From assembly GCF_009914755.1 (NCBI RefSeq), contig NC_060946.1: a DNA stretch of 64,000 nucleotides; one strand, 5' to 3'. This DNA is from the human T2T-CHM13v2.0 reference genome, Homo sapiens. Of the stretch, positions 52,288 through 64,000 are shown one piece after another. Below the pieces are notes generated by a model. The model saw only the letters and a program-made list of their open reading frames with translations. It did no database searches and was not told the DNA's origin. Position numbers and translations under genes: made by a program. Every line of letters begins with the position of its first letter. The first letter of the stretch is position 1.

Positions 52288-53735
52288 AGCTGGTGTTGTG
52301 GCTGATACCTGCAAATCCAGAAGGCTCTGGCCTTGTGAATACCTGGAAGCCAGCTCCAGGTGGACGTGGGGCTGGGGCTCGGCCTGGGTGGTGAGGATGT
52401 GCCTGGTGCCTGTGGGGACAGCGGGAGGAGCTCACAGGAACATGGCGGGAGCACAAGGCTTGGAGGTTGGCATGGTGCAGGGAGTCAAGGCTGGTCCCTG
52501 GGCAGGGGCTCTGCAGGCCAGAGGACATGGTTGATTCAAACCTGCCGGGAGCCTCGGGGGTGCCAGGAAGGTGACGGATCACTCTGATGGCCTTCTACAA
52601 AAATCTCTCTGCTGCTCTCTGGACCATAAGTTCAGGGCAGCAAGAGGAGTCTGCAGAGGTCAGGCTGGGCAGAAAGTGGCAGTGACTGTGGTCGCGTGGG
52701 GAAGTGTGTGATGGGGGTGATTCAAGGGCCCAGGCGGTGGGGCTCCAGTAGAGGTGTGAGACCGTGTGGAGGGCAGAGCTGAACCCAGGCCTGGGTGTAT
52801 GTGCAGCGATGCTCTGTGTCCACCCCAGGAGGCCCCAGGCACACGTGGAGCATCTGTTCTGCCCCCCGGCTGGTGCGAGCTCACCGGAGCAGGTGTCCAG
52901 CAGGCACGGAGTGAGAGACACAGGCTGGGAGCAGGTCAGACTGGCAAGCCTGCTTGGGTGTGGGAGTGTTGAGGTCACCAGGGAAACTGAGGCGGCAGCT
53001 GAGGACACAGGGCCCTAGGCGATGGGCACCCACTAGCCCACAGAGGGGCCATCCTGGCCTACCCGCTGTCGCAGCTGCAATGGTGGCCTCCCCCAATCCT
53101 TGCCCTCCCTATGAGGCTGCCTGTGGAAGGAAGCAGACCTCCCACGCAGGGAGCCCGAGAGGTGAATAAAGGTCTCCTTTAATCATTCAGACCACTCGGC
53201 AGATCTGGCAGCTCATGCCTCCCACAGGAGCAGAGCCTGACTGATGGGAGCGGGAGCTGCAGGTGGGACGTGGGGATGCTTGGGATGCTCCGGGACGCAG
53301 GGTGGCTGGATGAGCAGGGTGCTGGGCCCCTGTGGGTGTCTTAGCTGCGGTTTTCTTTGGCTTTAACTTTTTGTCATTTTTAAGTGTCTCTGGCTCATTT
53401 TAGAGCCAGGTGACTTAACAAAGGTTTCATTTACCATTGGGAAGGGAAGGATATTTCTAATCTGAGTTATGGACATGTCAACGGGGTGCTGCTTCTCAAG
53501 GTCAAGCCAGACCCTGCAGTTGGGGGCACTAGAGTGGGCCGAGGGGCCACATTGGGGTTAAGTGGCCTGCATCTTTGTAGGTCCTGTGCCTCACTGCCAA
53601 AGTCACCTTGGACCAGTCACCTTCCCACTGGTGACGAGGGGAGACGCAACTGTAGGCAAAGGGCAAAGTGCAGCAGCCGGCACACGGTGACTTAGGGCCT
53701 TTGCAAGCATGATTTTACCCAGCTGACTCGGTCTC

Positions 53736-53770
53736 TATCACCACCTGGTGGCAGGAAACTAAAATTGCAG
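53736..53770 (-). promoter_or_regulatory. Candidate CTCF site with upstream module
   Basis: Minus strand reads CTGCAATTTT-agtttc-CTGCCACCAGGTGGTGATA. Confidence 0.5.
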
Positions 53771-53794
53771 GCATACTTGTTCAGAGGTAAGCAC

Positions 53795-54498
53795 ACAGCA
53801 TTGCTTTCTGTGGTTTCAGTTACCCATGGTCAAAGGTAGTCCAAAAATATTAAATAGAAATTTCCAGAAATAAGTAATTTGTAAGTTTTAAATTGCACGT
53901 CATTCTGAGTAGCATGACAAAAATTTTGCGCCATTCCACTTTGTCCCATCCGGTCCATGAACCCTCCCTTTTCCTGGCATATTCACACTGTCCAAGTCAG
54001 CTGCCTATTAGTCACTAAGTAGCCGTCTTGGTTATCAGACGGACTGTCGTGGCATCATAGTACTTGTGTTCAAGACACCCTTATTTTTCTTAATAATGGC
54101 CCCAAAGTGCAAGAGCACGGGTGATGCTGGCAATTCAGATATGCCAGAAAGAAGCCGTGAAGTGCTTCCTTTAAGTGAAAAGATGAGAATTCTCAACTTC
54201 ATAAGGAAAGGAAAAAAATCACATGCTGAGGTTGCTAAGATGTACAGTAAAAAATCTTCTATCCATGAAGGAAACAGACCTCATGCTGGCTTTGCTGTTG
54301 CACCCCAGACTGCAAAAGTTATGGCCACGGTGTATAAAAAGTACATAGTTAAGATGGAAAAGGCGTTCAGTTTGTGGATGGAATACATGAACAGAAGTGG
54401 ATTTTGATTGATGGCAGCTGGGTTTGGTACTCTCTGCCGTTCCAGTCAGCCACTGGTGGTCTGGGGGTGTATCACTTGTGAATAATGGGGGGCTGCTG
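53795..54498 (+). mobile_element. MER44/Tigger7 (TcMar-Tigger) internally deleted element retaining the transposase N-terminal HTH segment
   Basis: ctgtggtttcagttacccatggtcaa..ccaaaaatattaaatagaaatttccagaaataa; ends aataatggggggctgctg (TIR-like); ORF MAPKCKS...VLPLSEKMRILNFIRKGKKSHAEVAKMY resembles CENP-B/psq HTH. Confidence 0.88.
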
Positions 54499-54744
54499 CA
54501 TCTCCTTTGAATGTTGCCTCTGATGCCTGAATGATGTAAGGAAAGTCCCCCAGACCTTGGCTCAGTAAATGTAGTCGTGTCTCGTGAAATGATCTTCCCT
54601 CATCATCAGGCCATCTTTGATGACCCTTGTGAAACGACGTCTGTACAATTCTATTGGTTTACAAAATATGCGTGTAGACATATTCTGAAGAGATTGCTTG
54701 ATCTTAAATTGGGCTTAGAAGCCCAAAATAGGTGACTATTCTTT

Positions 54745-55870
54745 TTTAAAGTGTAACTTAAAAAAATATTTCATTGACACATCTATACAGGCAAATTGGA
54801 AATTGTAAGTGCAAACCTTGATCTCACCCCTCCTGGCCCGATCTCACCCCTCCCCTTGGCTCACCAGAGCCCTAACTTCTGTCACTGCAGGTTTGCCTGT
54901 TTCAGAACCTCCCATCAACGGAAGCAGGGAGTAGGCCTCATTTTTGGACTTGGATCCTTTCCCTCGTTACGTCTGTGAGAGCCGCCCGTGCTGTCATGTG
55001 TGGTGACAATCTGATACTCTCATTGCTGTATAAAATGTCCCTGTACCGCCATCTATCTGTCTGTGCCAAGGACGGTAGACGTACAGGCTCTTTTGAATTT
55101 TTAGTCATTCTGCGTGATGCTGCTGTGAACATACTTGGTGCACGTCTCCGGGTGGCTGTGTCCACTGACTTATCTCCAGCATTCGCCTTGGAGTGGCAGG
55201 GCTGTGACCTAGCCACGGTAGTCCCTGCAGAGTGTTTCTCAAAGCGATTGTATCATGTCACGTGCCATCAGCAGTCCATGAATGTTCTGTGTGCGTCATG
55301 GTCCCTCCAGCACCGGCGATGGTCAGTGTGTTTAATTTCAGCCATTTTGCTGAGCCTACGGTGTTTCGTGGACTTGGTTTTTTCTGCTGCGTCAAGATCC
55401 TGGGCGTGACTCCACAGCCGTCTGGAGTGGCCCAATAGCTGCTTTTTATGAAGTGTTCATTTGCGTCTTCCACTCATGTTTATTGAGTTGCTGGTCCTTT
55501 TGTTAAATAATTTGCAGGAGCTCTTCCTATACGCTCCATTCAAGCCTGTGTTTATTCTGTGGCTGGCCTTCTTATTTGCTTAATGGTACATTTTGATGAG
55601 CAGAAATTCTTAATGTTAGCTAAGTCGAATTGATTCATCTTTTCCCTTCCAGGTCGTGTGTTTTGCATTCTGTGTGGGAAACGTCATCTTACCCCAAAGC
55701 CGTGAGACGTTCTCTCGCGTTCTTGTCCCAGCTTTCCAGCCTTACATCACACAGTTGGGTCTACCAGCCGTTTCTGATTAATGTTCCATGTGGTATGAGA
55801 TGGATCTCAAGGCACATTTTTTTTCTCTGCACATGGAGACCCGACAGATCCAACATCATTTATTGAAAAG
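54745..55870 (-). mobile_element. Old L1 (L1ME/L1MD-type) 3' fragment
   Basis: gatgctgctgtgaacatacttggtgcacgtctcc, ttttgatgagcagaaattcttaatgtt, tggtatgagatggatc..ccaacatcatttattgaaaag. Confidence 0.7.
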
Positions 55871-56582
55871 TTCTAGCCTTTCACTCATAATGGTTTTATG
55901 TAAAGTTCTGAAACACTTTAGAGAGACAGAATGGAAGACTGGGTCTCATCCCTGAATATATTATATCTAATTAGCTAATTATCTTTTATGTCTCATCCAC
56001 TGAAAGCCGGAGCTGAGATCACACGCAGATTCCTATCTAGCGGCAGGCGCCCTCCCGAGAACGCTAACGAACCAGGGCCCTCTCTGTTTTCCTTTTCCCT
56101 GGGCCGCCTGCTTGAACATCGCAGGGTGGGATTCGCAGTGGGGAGGTAGATAGCTGCTCCCCACCTGCCCCCAACGCCCCCATCGCCCCCACCCTGCATC
56201 CAGCCTAGCCCTGGCCTCCTACCCCTCCCATGGGAACGAGGGGCCTGGCCTGGCTCCGGAGGGTGGGGACTGGGAGAGGTCCCCGGCCTGGTGGTCTTTC
56301 TAATGGCCTGACTGGCAGAAGAGGGGCCTGGTGTGATACTCAGCATTGCAGAGGCCACTGTGTGCCCTGGGTCCCCAGAGGGGAGCTGAGCTGACCCTGC
56401 AGATGGTCGGGGAGGTTCAAATATGATCGCAGCCAGGAGTAGTTCTGGGGCCATGTCTTCCCCTCTGCACTCAGAGGGGAAATGCCAGATATTATCCAAG
56501 CCGAGAAATGAGCCATGGGGCTTGTTCTACAGTGTCTGATGGCCATGGAGGTGTTTTTGTCTGTGACTTCTTAAGTTCGTAC

Positions 56583-57075
56583 ACTTTACTTTTTTTATAG
56601 AAGGTTTAGGTTTACAGAAAGAGAGCAGGAAGCAGAGGGTGTCCACAGCTCCCTCCCACCACGGGACACCATCACTGGACTCTCTTATTGGCAAGGTCCA
56701 CTGGTTACAATTGATGAGCCAATACTGAGGCCTGTGACCAAGCAATACTGAGGCCCGTGACCAGGCGATACTGAGGCCCGTGACCAGCCGATACTGAGGC
56801 CCGTGACCAGGCGTTACTGAGGCCCGTGACCAGGCGATACTGAGGCCCGTGACTAGGTGATACTGAGGCCCGTGACCAGGCAATACTGAGACCCGTGACC
56901 AGCCAGTACGGAGGCCCGTGACCTGGTGATACTGAGTGACCAGCCAGCATCCACAGTGTACACTGCCGTTCCCTCTTGGTGTGGACATGTCATGGGCTTT
57001 GGTAAATATGCAGTGCCAGGAATCCCCGTGACAGTGTCACACCGGCTAGTTCCACTGCCCTGAAACCCCTTGTCA
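56583..57075 (-). mobile_element. L1MC-type 3' end hosting a minisatellite
   Basis: tttaggtttacagaaa..gttacaattgatgagccaatactga|array|..ctcttggtgtggacat..tagttccactgccctgaaacccct; homologous to 15880-15990. Confidence 0.7.
56720..56945. repeat. Minisatellite, ~9.5 x 23 bp
   Basis: c(a/g)atactgaggcccgtgaccagg at 56720, 56743, 56766, ... Confidence 0.95.
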
Positions 57076-58069
57076 GAGTGGGTTTCACATGCCCCAGCTC
57101 CTGGGGATGGTGACATCAGCAGGCCTCCCTCCAGCCTGCTGGGAGACACAGGCACCGCATGTCTGCTGTGTGGGCTGTGGGGAGCATTCCATCCGGAGCC
57201 CAGGAGGTAGAGGGTGGCCGACTGTCTCAGCCTCCCTCACCCCCATGGTGCTGAGTGGTTGGAGGGAGGAGGAGGGACTGAGGGAGTGGGCGTCCAGAGA
57301 GTCACCCAAGCACCCCAGCTGCATAGGTGATTTCCAGAGAAATGTCACCCAGTCCTGTCTGGGGAAGCCCAAACAGGGACAGCCTGGGATTGAGGGGGAG
57401 GAGGGCAAGTCGGGTGAGATCCCTACTTGGAGAGGTAGGGTAGCACCCCGACCCTCACCCCTCCCAGCATGCAGCAGGCCCGTTTCTGCCTGGAGCTTTT
57501 CCAGGGGCAGCACAGGGCAGCAGGGATGAGGTCTGCCCATCCGAGCGGCCTGCAGGAGGAGCCTGGAGCCCGCCCGCCCTCCCCAGCCAGCCCCGCACTG
57601 CATCTAAGAGCCACGCGCTCCTGGCTTGGGTACCACCTAACGGTGTGATGATTTACCTGTCTGTTCCCTTTCACCCAGGAGAACAGAGCATATTTCAGGG
57701 CAGGAATCAGGAGGCAGACCGGGAGGAAGGGAGGAAAGATTGGAAAACTTCTAATAAAATTCCATTTCCTGAAATAGCCGTAACTGTGATATCAATATAT
57801 CAATATTTGCAGTCTTATCGGTTCTGACATGGGTATTGCGTGTTAGTGAACGTCTTCCACGTGAGTGCCCCTCCCGCCTTCTGTGCCACACTCCCCTGTT
57901 GATATTTATTTATCTCGCGGGCTTCGCTGGAATCTTGAGGGTCCTTGAGACTCCGCACTGCGTTATAACTCCTGCCTGGTTAATTCAATTTCTCTTATAT
58001 TCTGACTCCCCTGGCAAAAATAATCGGCTTCTGGCCACCAGGGCCACAGAGTTTCTGTCATGAGCATGG

Positions 58070-58354
58070 GTCTTCACCGGGAGCGTTAATCCCCCAGCAC
58101 TCGGGGCCGCGTCTTCACCGGGAGCGTTAATCCCCCAGCACTCGGGGCCGCGTCTTCACTGGGAGCTGTAGTCCCCCAGCACTCAGGGCCGCATCTTCAC
58201 TGGGAGTGTTAATCCCCCAGCACTCAGGGCCGCGTCTTCACTGGGAGCTGTAATCCCCCAGCACTCGGGGCCGCGTTTTCACTGGGAACTGTAGTCCCCC
58301 AGCACTCGGGGCCGCGTCTTCACTGGGAGCTGTAGTCCCCCAGCACTCAGGGCC
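58070..58354. repeat. Minisatellite, 7 x 41 bp
   Basis: gtcttcac(c/t)gggag(cgttaa/ctgtag)tcccccagcactc(g/a)gggccgc at 58070, 58111, 58152, ... Confidence 0.96.
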
Positions 58355-58499
58355 ACAGGCCGCGATCTTGGGAGGACACCACCTGGCTGGCACCAGGATT
58401 AACTTCCCTCCTGGTGGAGGCTGCTGTGGGGGGTCTCAGCGTCAGCTCTGGTGGATTAATGAAGATGAAAGGGCAGGACCAAGCTGTCTGAACGGGCAT

Positions 58500-58832
58500 T
58501 GCCATGGTCCCAGTGCTGGCGACCTCCCCAGATTCATGTGTTGAAATCCTCACCCTCGAGGTGATGGTATTTGGGAGGTGAGTAGCTGGTGAGAGGGGAG
58601 CCCTCAGGAATGGGATTAATGTCCTTAGAAGAGAGACCCTCCCCACTTCCCCGACGTGAGGACACAACCAGGAGGCACCGTCTGTGAACCAGGAAGCCCC
58701 CGCCAGACACCGAATCTGCTGATGCCTTGATCTCAGACTTTCCAGTCCCTGGAACTGGGAGAGAGAAACCCATTGTGTCTAAGCCCCCCAGCGTGTGGTC
58801 TGTTGTCTTGGCAGCCTGCGTACACTAAGGCA
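58500..58832 (+). mobile_element. MaLR solo LTR, MLT1A-like, with perfect 5-bp TSD
   Basis: tgccatggt..gattcatgtgttgaaatcct..gccctcaggaatgggattaatgtcctta..ccagacaccgaatctgctgatgccttgatc..actaaggca; GGCAT at 58495-58499 and 58833-58837. Confidence 0.92.
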
Positions 58833-61449
58833 GGCATTGCTTCATCTCCAAACTCTGAAAAAGGAGAAGGTGGCTGCAGGCCCCAGCCCATGAGCTTCGC
58901 CTGCAGGGAAACCCAGAAACCTATCAGGCAAAAGGAGCCCTTGGCCCCGGGGTAGCCCCCTTTCAAGCCCAGCCCACTGCGCCCATGCAGTCCGTGAGGA
59001 CCCACTTCTAGAAGGTCAGGTGCCCATGTCTCCGCCTCAGTAGGGCTGCATCCCAGGCAGATTTGCCAGCCTCGCCATGGTGAATGAGTGACCCTGAAGT
59101 GCCCCACATGACCAGGGAGCACCCTGCCTTTGAGTTTCCAAAATTGGATGCAGCAGGGTCCTTGGAATAATGACGAGAGGATGCCTTCTCCATCTGTCCC
59201 AGGTGTGAGTTGGTGGCATAGCCTTTCCTCCCTGAGCCAGGGGGTCTTAAATGACCGAGTCAGGCTCCTGGGGGCAAAGGGGCCATGGGAGGAGCCCCTG
59301 TGTCAGGTAAGACGTTTGTCACCAGGCCCACCTGCTTCCCAGCCCCATGTTGCCCACTTGCCTGCAGGAATGAACCATAGCCCAGAGACGTAAGTGCTTT
59401 CTGGCCCTCGCATATGAAGGCTGTTGCAAAGCTGAGATTGTGATTCCACGTTTCACCAGCCCTAAGGCTGCGCTGCCTCCCGCCTGAGCTGGCTTCTCCA
59501 TTCAGTTAGCTGGAAATTGAAAAACAAACAAACTGTGACCTCTCCGGGTCCCCAGTCCTGGCTGTTACTGCCCCTCAACTCCCAAGCAGCTTGTCTCAGC
59601 CATCCAAGCCTGCGAATCCCTCCTGCGGAAAGAGGAAGGATGATGTCCCAGAGCCAGATGTTCAGCCCTGGCCTCATGTTAGGCGCTTAGATCCTCTCAG
59701 AGGGCAGCTCTCCGGGCTGTGCGTGTGCTTAGGGGCTGGCCCACACTGCCCCTCATTCTGTAATCGGCTGCTAATGGCCCTGTGCGCCTTGGGAGTCAGC
59801 CCTCCTTAATGGTGGTTTTTATGGTAAATAATTGCAGTATTGGATACCATTCCTTTATCTAGGCCACGATTCCTCTGAAGAAGTCATTATGAATTGGCTT
59901 ACAGGGTTTGGAACGTTCTTTTTAATGAAGGCTCTTGCTGGACCAAGGCGCGGAGGACAGAATGCTTAAGCACACGCTGGAAGGCCAGGCCTGGTGGGCA
60001 CTGGGTAAACACACCCATGCCAGCCTTTTAGAGGCTAAGCCCATGGCGGGCTGTCAGCTCAGACTCAGGAGAGCTGCCGGCTGGGCTCAGCCCCACTCCC
60101 GGCCCCGCACTGAGGCTCTAGAGAGTGAAAATGGGGGGAATCCATTGGTGGAGGTGGGGGAAGCAGGAGCAGTAGCCGCGTGGCCTGGGCAGGGTCGAAC
60201 CCAAGGTCAAAGCTCCTTGCAGCAGAGACAGGATTTAGGAGCGGCTGGTTAATGACCCGGCAATTTTGCCGTCTCATCAGGATGTAGGAAAATGCTGGGT
60301 TGAGGCATTTTGTCATGGCCTGAAGGCGAGAAAGCACCTCCTCAGTTGTGTGAGGGCAATTTTACATGATGGAGACCATCAGGAGCCGTGGCTTACTTTG
60401 AGGCAGCTTTATGGGCCTCTGGTGACTCTCTGTACAATAAATAAGGCAGGGAAACACCGTTCCCAAAGCCTGGGACAGTTGGTGCTAACTTATCTGTTTG
60501 AATGGAAATCTTAAACCTTGTTAAGTCAAACTGCCATTGCTCATTACCCATAAATTTGGAGGCCAGAGGGAAGCGTCACCCACAGGAATTTATTAGAAAA
60601 TGCTAGAGGATCTTTTGTATCCCAGGGACACACCAAGCTGGGAGGAATAGACTGTGCCGTATGCTCACACTCTTAAATCATGCCTTGGATGTTCAGGTTG
60701 CACAGACATGCAGGAAACCTGTGCCCTCCGTGTCCTTAGCTTCCGGCTGAGTTCTCACCCTGCTAAGCTTCCCCAGGAGCTCGAGCCATTCGGGGAAACA
60801 GCCAGGAGGACCGGAATGAGCAGGTCTGAGCCGTGAGTCCTCCTCAATGTGCAGGGAGCACCGAACGGAGCCAAGTTGCCCCTGGCCTGGAAGCCCCACC
60901 AGCCCTTTCACCTGTCTTTCTCTGCTCAGGGCATTTCTGACATCTGGGGTGCTCTGTTGAGAATCACAGAAATTCTCAGCCGAAAGTGGTGCTGGCTTGC
61001 TGAGGCAGGCAGCCTGGGGTACGTTCCACTCTCTGTGGAAAAGTCAGAGTGCTCCCTGCTTTCTTCATCGGTGCTCATCCCAACCAAGCCATCCAGAGTG
61101 GTGGTTCCTTCAGAGGCTTGTGTTCTGGGAGCATGACTGTTGGGATGGAACAGTGTCTGGAGAGGAACCTGCCATCCCAGTCAGCGAGCCTGAGTTTAAA
61201 CCAGACATGAACAGACACATTTATCAGAGAATCCCCTGGCCTCCCAGGGCCTAATGAGACCTTCAGGGCACCTCCAGTCCTGGACACACAAGCAAACAGT
61301 GGCCCCTCTCTGAAAACAGCTCCCTTCTGTGGCTGTCCCTGGTGCCTGTCCCTGGAGAGTCTCTCAACTGTGACTCAGAAATCAGCTCCCTGATGTGTGA
61401 CCAGGCCCAGGATTGCAGGCAAAGAGAGAAGGTGCATGTTTCCGAGACC

Positions 61450-61640
61450 CAAACAATACCTGATGAGTGGGGAGTAAGCCCGGGCTGTGAAACTGCATCC
61501 TTGGGGTCCAGATCTTGGGTCTTGTACATAGTAGCTGTGTGTCTTTGAAGCAATCCCTGAACCTCTCCAAGTCTCAGTTTTCTGGTTTGTAAAGGGTGTT
61601 TGTAACACTGCTTCAGGGATCAGAGATGATTTCTGTAAGT
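61450..61640 (+). mobile_element. MIR fragment
   Basis: tagctgtgtgtctttgaagcaatccctgaacctctccaagtctcagttttctggtttgtaaa. Confidence 0.65.
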
Positions 61641-62109
61641 GATTGAGATAATTTCATTATATTTACCAAGCTCAGCTGATATTGAGAGATTTTCATCTCG
61701 AAGTTTCCTTCTCTGAACTCTGAGTGTCAACAGCCTTTGTTCTTGGCTTGGTTTTTGGACTCCTGATTGTTAAGCCTTAGCCGATGGACTCTGGGGAAGT
61801 TGGTTTGTGGGAATCATCATACTTCTGCTGCTTGCATCTGCGTGCAATACAACAGTCCACTTCAATTATCTTCACAACTAGCATCCAACATTTAATGTTT
61901 ATGGTAGAGAATTTGGACAGTAGAGAAAATTGTAGCCTAAAGAAGAAAATGGAAATAGTTCTTTTATTGCCCTAAGGAAACTTCTATTAGCTTTTTTGAA
62001 CGTATCCATTTTCCTTACATTTATCAGGGGAAAAAAAATGGGTGAGATTGAAGAAGTTGCCGCATATCAGATAAGCATTTCCTCAAAGCATGATTTGTTG
62101 TGTGTGATA

Positions 62110-62420
62110 CCGTGGCTGGGTATAGAATTACATCACAAACAGATTTTCTTTTGGAGCTTTGAAGACATCACTTCCTTGCCTTCTCCCAGCCTACATGATG
62201 GCTGTGTGATACCTCACTCCTTTGCTCATCACCCCTCAGGAACCCATGCACCATCCTTTTGACCTTTTGATTCTGATGCATCATTGCATGACATCTAGGT
62301 ATGTTGACACCTTTGGGCACTTTGCATGGGAAGTTCAGATTTAGCTCAGGGAATTTTATGTATCTGTGATTATTTCTTTTCCTCCATTGTCTTTATTTCC
62401 CTTGGGACTCTGATCAGAGC
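62110..62420 (-). mobile_element. Highly decayed L1 fragment
   Basis: ggctgggtatagaatt..ctttgaagacatcact..gctcagggaatttt..ttatttctttcctccattgtctt. Confidence 0.4.
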
Positions 62421-63550
62421 AATTATTCTCCATTGGAAATAGAACCTCAACACCCAGACACGTGCTGGTGGTTTTCATCACTATAAAGACCACGGTCCTA
62501 ATGGCATTTGGTGCTCAGAGCCCTGGATGCCGAGTCCTGAGTATGTCCAGGACAGTGTGGAACAGACAAAAACCCTGACCCCAAGGCTGATGGCACACCC
62601 CGCTAAGGAATGCTGCACCAGTGCCTCCAAATCTCCAGCTTCTTCTTTTACATACTTGTCTCCTTTTCATCTGGGGCACTGTGCTCTAGAAGATATCGGT
62701 CTCGTTGTTCAAGTTCTGAGGAAGGTCCCCTCCATCACCGTCATCTTCTCCTCCAGCAACCCCACTTTGAACTTTGGGGGAACTCTTGCTTTCTGAAGCA
62801 GTCTGCTCTGGTTTGATGTGGCACCATCCTTGTGGATCTCTGCAGATGTTTTTTGAAAAAGATTAAACAGAGTTTCTGCCTCTGTGTGTCTCTGCTTCCT
62901 CTGGGGTCAGTTTTCAGCTCGCTCCTCTCTGTGCCTCTGCTTCCTGCTGTCAGTTTCCCTCCCAGGCAGTCCTGCCTGTCTCGTCGCTTTCTGGACAACA
63001 GAGGATTAGGCCTGTAAGCCTGGGAGGGTGGCTGGGACCCTCTGCCTCTGCAGCAGGCTTCTCTCCTAAGTTGGGGGAATGGCTGTTGGGCTCTGCTGGC
63101 CAGGAAGAGGCCGGCCTTCTTCTGAGGGTGGGATGGCTGGTGCCCTGTCGCTGCTGGACTGAGAGGCTCTGGGTGTTCCAGGGTGGACTGCCTGGCTGTG
63201 TACTGTGTGCAGGGCTTGGATGTCAAATGGATCATTTGAGGCTTGGAATAAAACAGAGCACAGGCTGACCTCAGCCCCGGGTATGTAGGAGGTGAGGGAG
63301 GGTGGAAGGTGAAGGTGCATGGGGCCAGGTTATTTTTGGCTCTGATGTCCACTCTGTGGAGCTGTGGTCCACACAGAGACACCGCCTGCTGACCTGTCCT
63401 GCCAACCCACAGGTTCTTTACAGGCCCTTCCCCTAACTCTGCCTGGGAAATGAATCATAGCTGGGTATAGCTCTGTAGATACTGGGGGTGGGAGGGCTGG
63501 CCCCAGCTCTGGGGTCGGGTGTCTAGTGAGGGCCCATTCTGCCCCAGCCC

Positions 63551-63679
63551 TTTGCCCACCTCACATCTGGACTTTTTGCCCACCTCACATCTGGACTCCT
63601 CTTCGCCTGCCTCACATCTGGACTCCTCTTTGCCCGCCTCACATCTGGACTCCTCTTCGCCCATCTCACATCTAGACTC
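63551..63679. repeat. Minisatellite, ~5 x 27 bp
   Basis: tt(t/c)gccc(a/g)cctcacatctggactcctc. Confidence 0.9.
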
Positions 63680-64000
63680 TGTGGGATGTTGCAGGAATTG
63701 CCCTCCGCCCTTCCTCCTGCTTGGGCCGGGCGGTGCAGATGTAGGTCCCGGTTTCATCTTCTCTCATTTCTTGGGACTTTGCTCCCGGCTGCAGGCACCC
63801 TTCTAGCAGTTAGTTACAGTGAGACGGTATGTCACATTTGGGCCTCCGGCATTGCTCGCCCCCACCTGCCCCAGCCAGAACTCGGGGCTCCCCAGGGCAG
63901 GGCTTTTGTTCCGCCAGCAGTTCCTTCTGGCACCCGTCCATGCCTGTCCATGGTTTGGCTGTGTGGACTGTTGTGTTCACACATCCCAGGATCTGCTCTT

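Noticed and set aside
59295-59312. Recursive splice-site-like cag|gtaaga (also ctccag|gtgaga at about 4331)
   Set aside because: Weak or short pyrimidine tracts; such motifs are expected by chance in 64 kb

Overview
Primate (very likely human) genomic DNA, not microbial: GC-rich, with Alu, L1, MaLR LTR, MIR and DNA-transposon fossils. The only protein-coding sequence I can support is one 150-nt internal exon on the + strand (36903-37052, ag|...|gtaag, phase 1/1) encoding QLAAGTCEIVTLDRDSSQPRRTIARQTARCACRKGQIAGTTRARPACVD. I recognise this from memory as TAFA5 (FAM19A5), a brain-enriched secreted chemokine-like protein at distal 22q13. The rest is inferred to be the two flanking introns. They contain seven Alus, three MaLR solo LTRs (two with 5-bp TSDs), old L1 pieces, MER20/MER44/MER63-like elements, two long YCAY-rich tracts and many minisatellites (periods 18-97 bp). 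Nearly all ORFs in the track are chance or repeat-derived. I found no convincing novel multi-gene system. The best leads are at the regulatory or RNA level: sense-strand YCAY and UG tracts, a tight inverted-Alu triad, CTCF-like sites, motif-dense candidate enhancers, motif-bearing VNTRs, and a still-open Tigger7/MER44 HTH ORF. Repeat subfamily names come from recalled consensus sequences and need RepeatMasker/Dfam confirmation.
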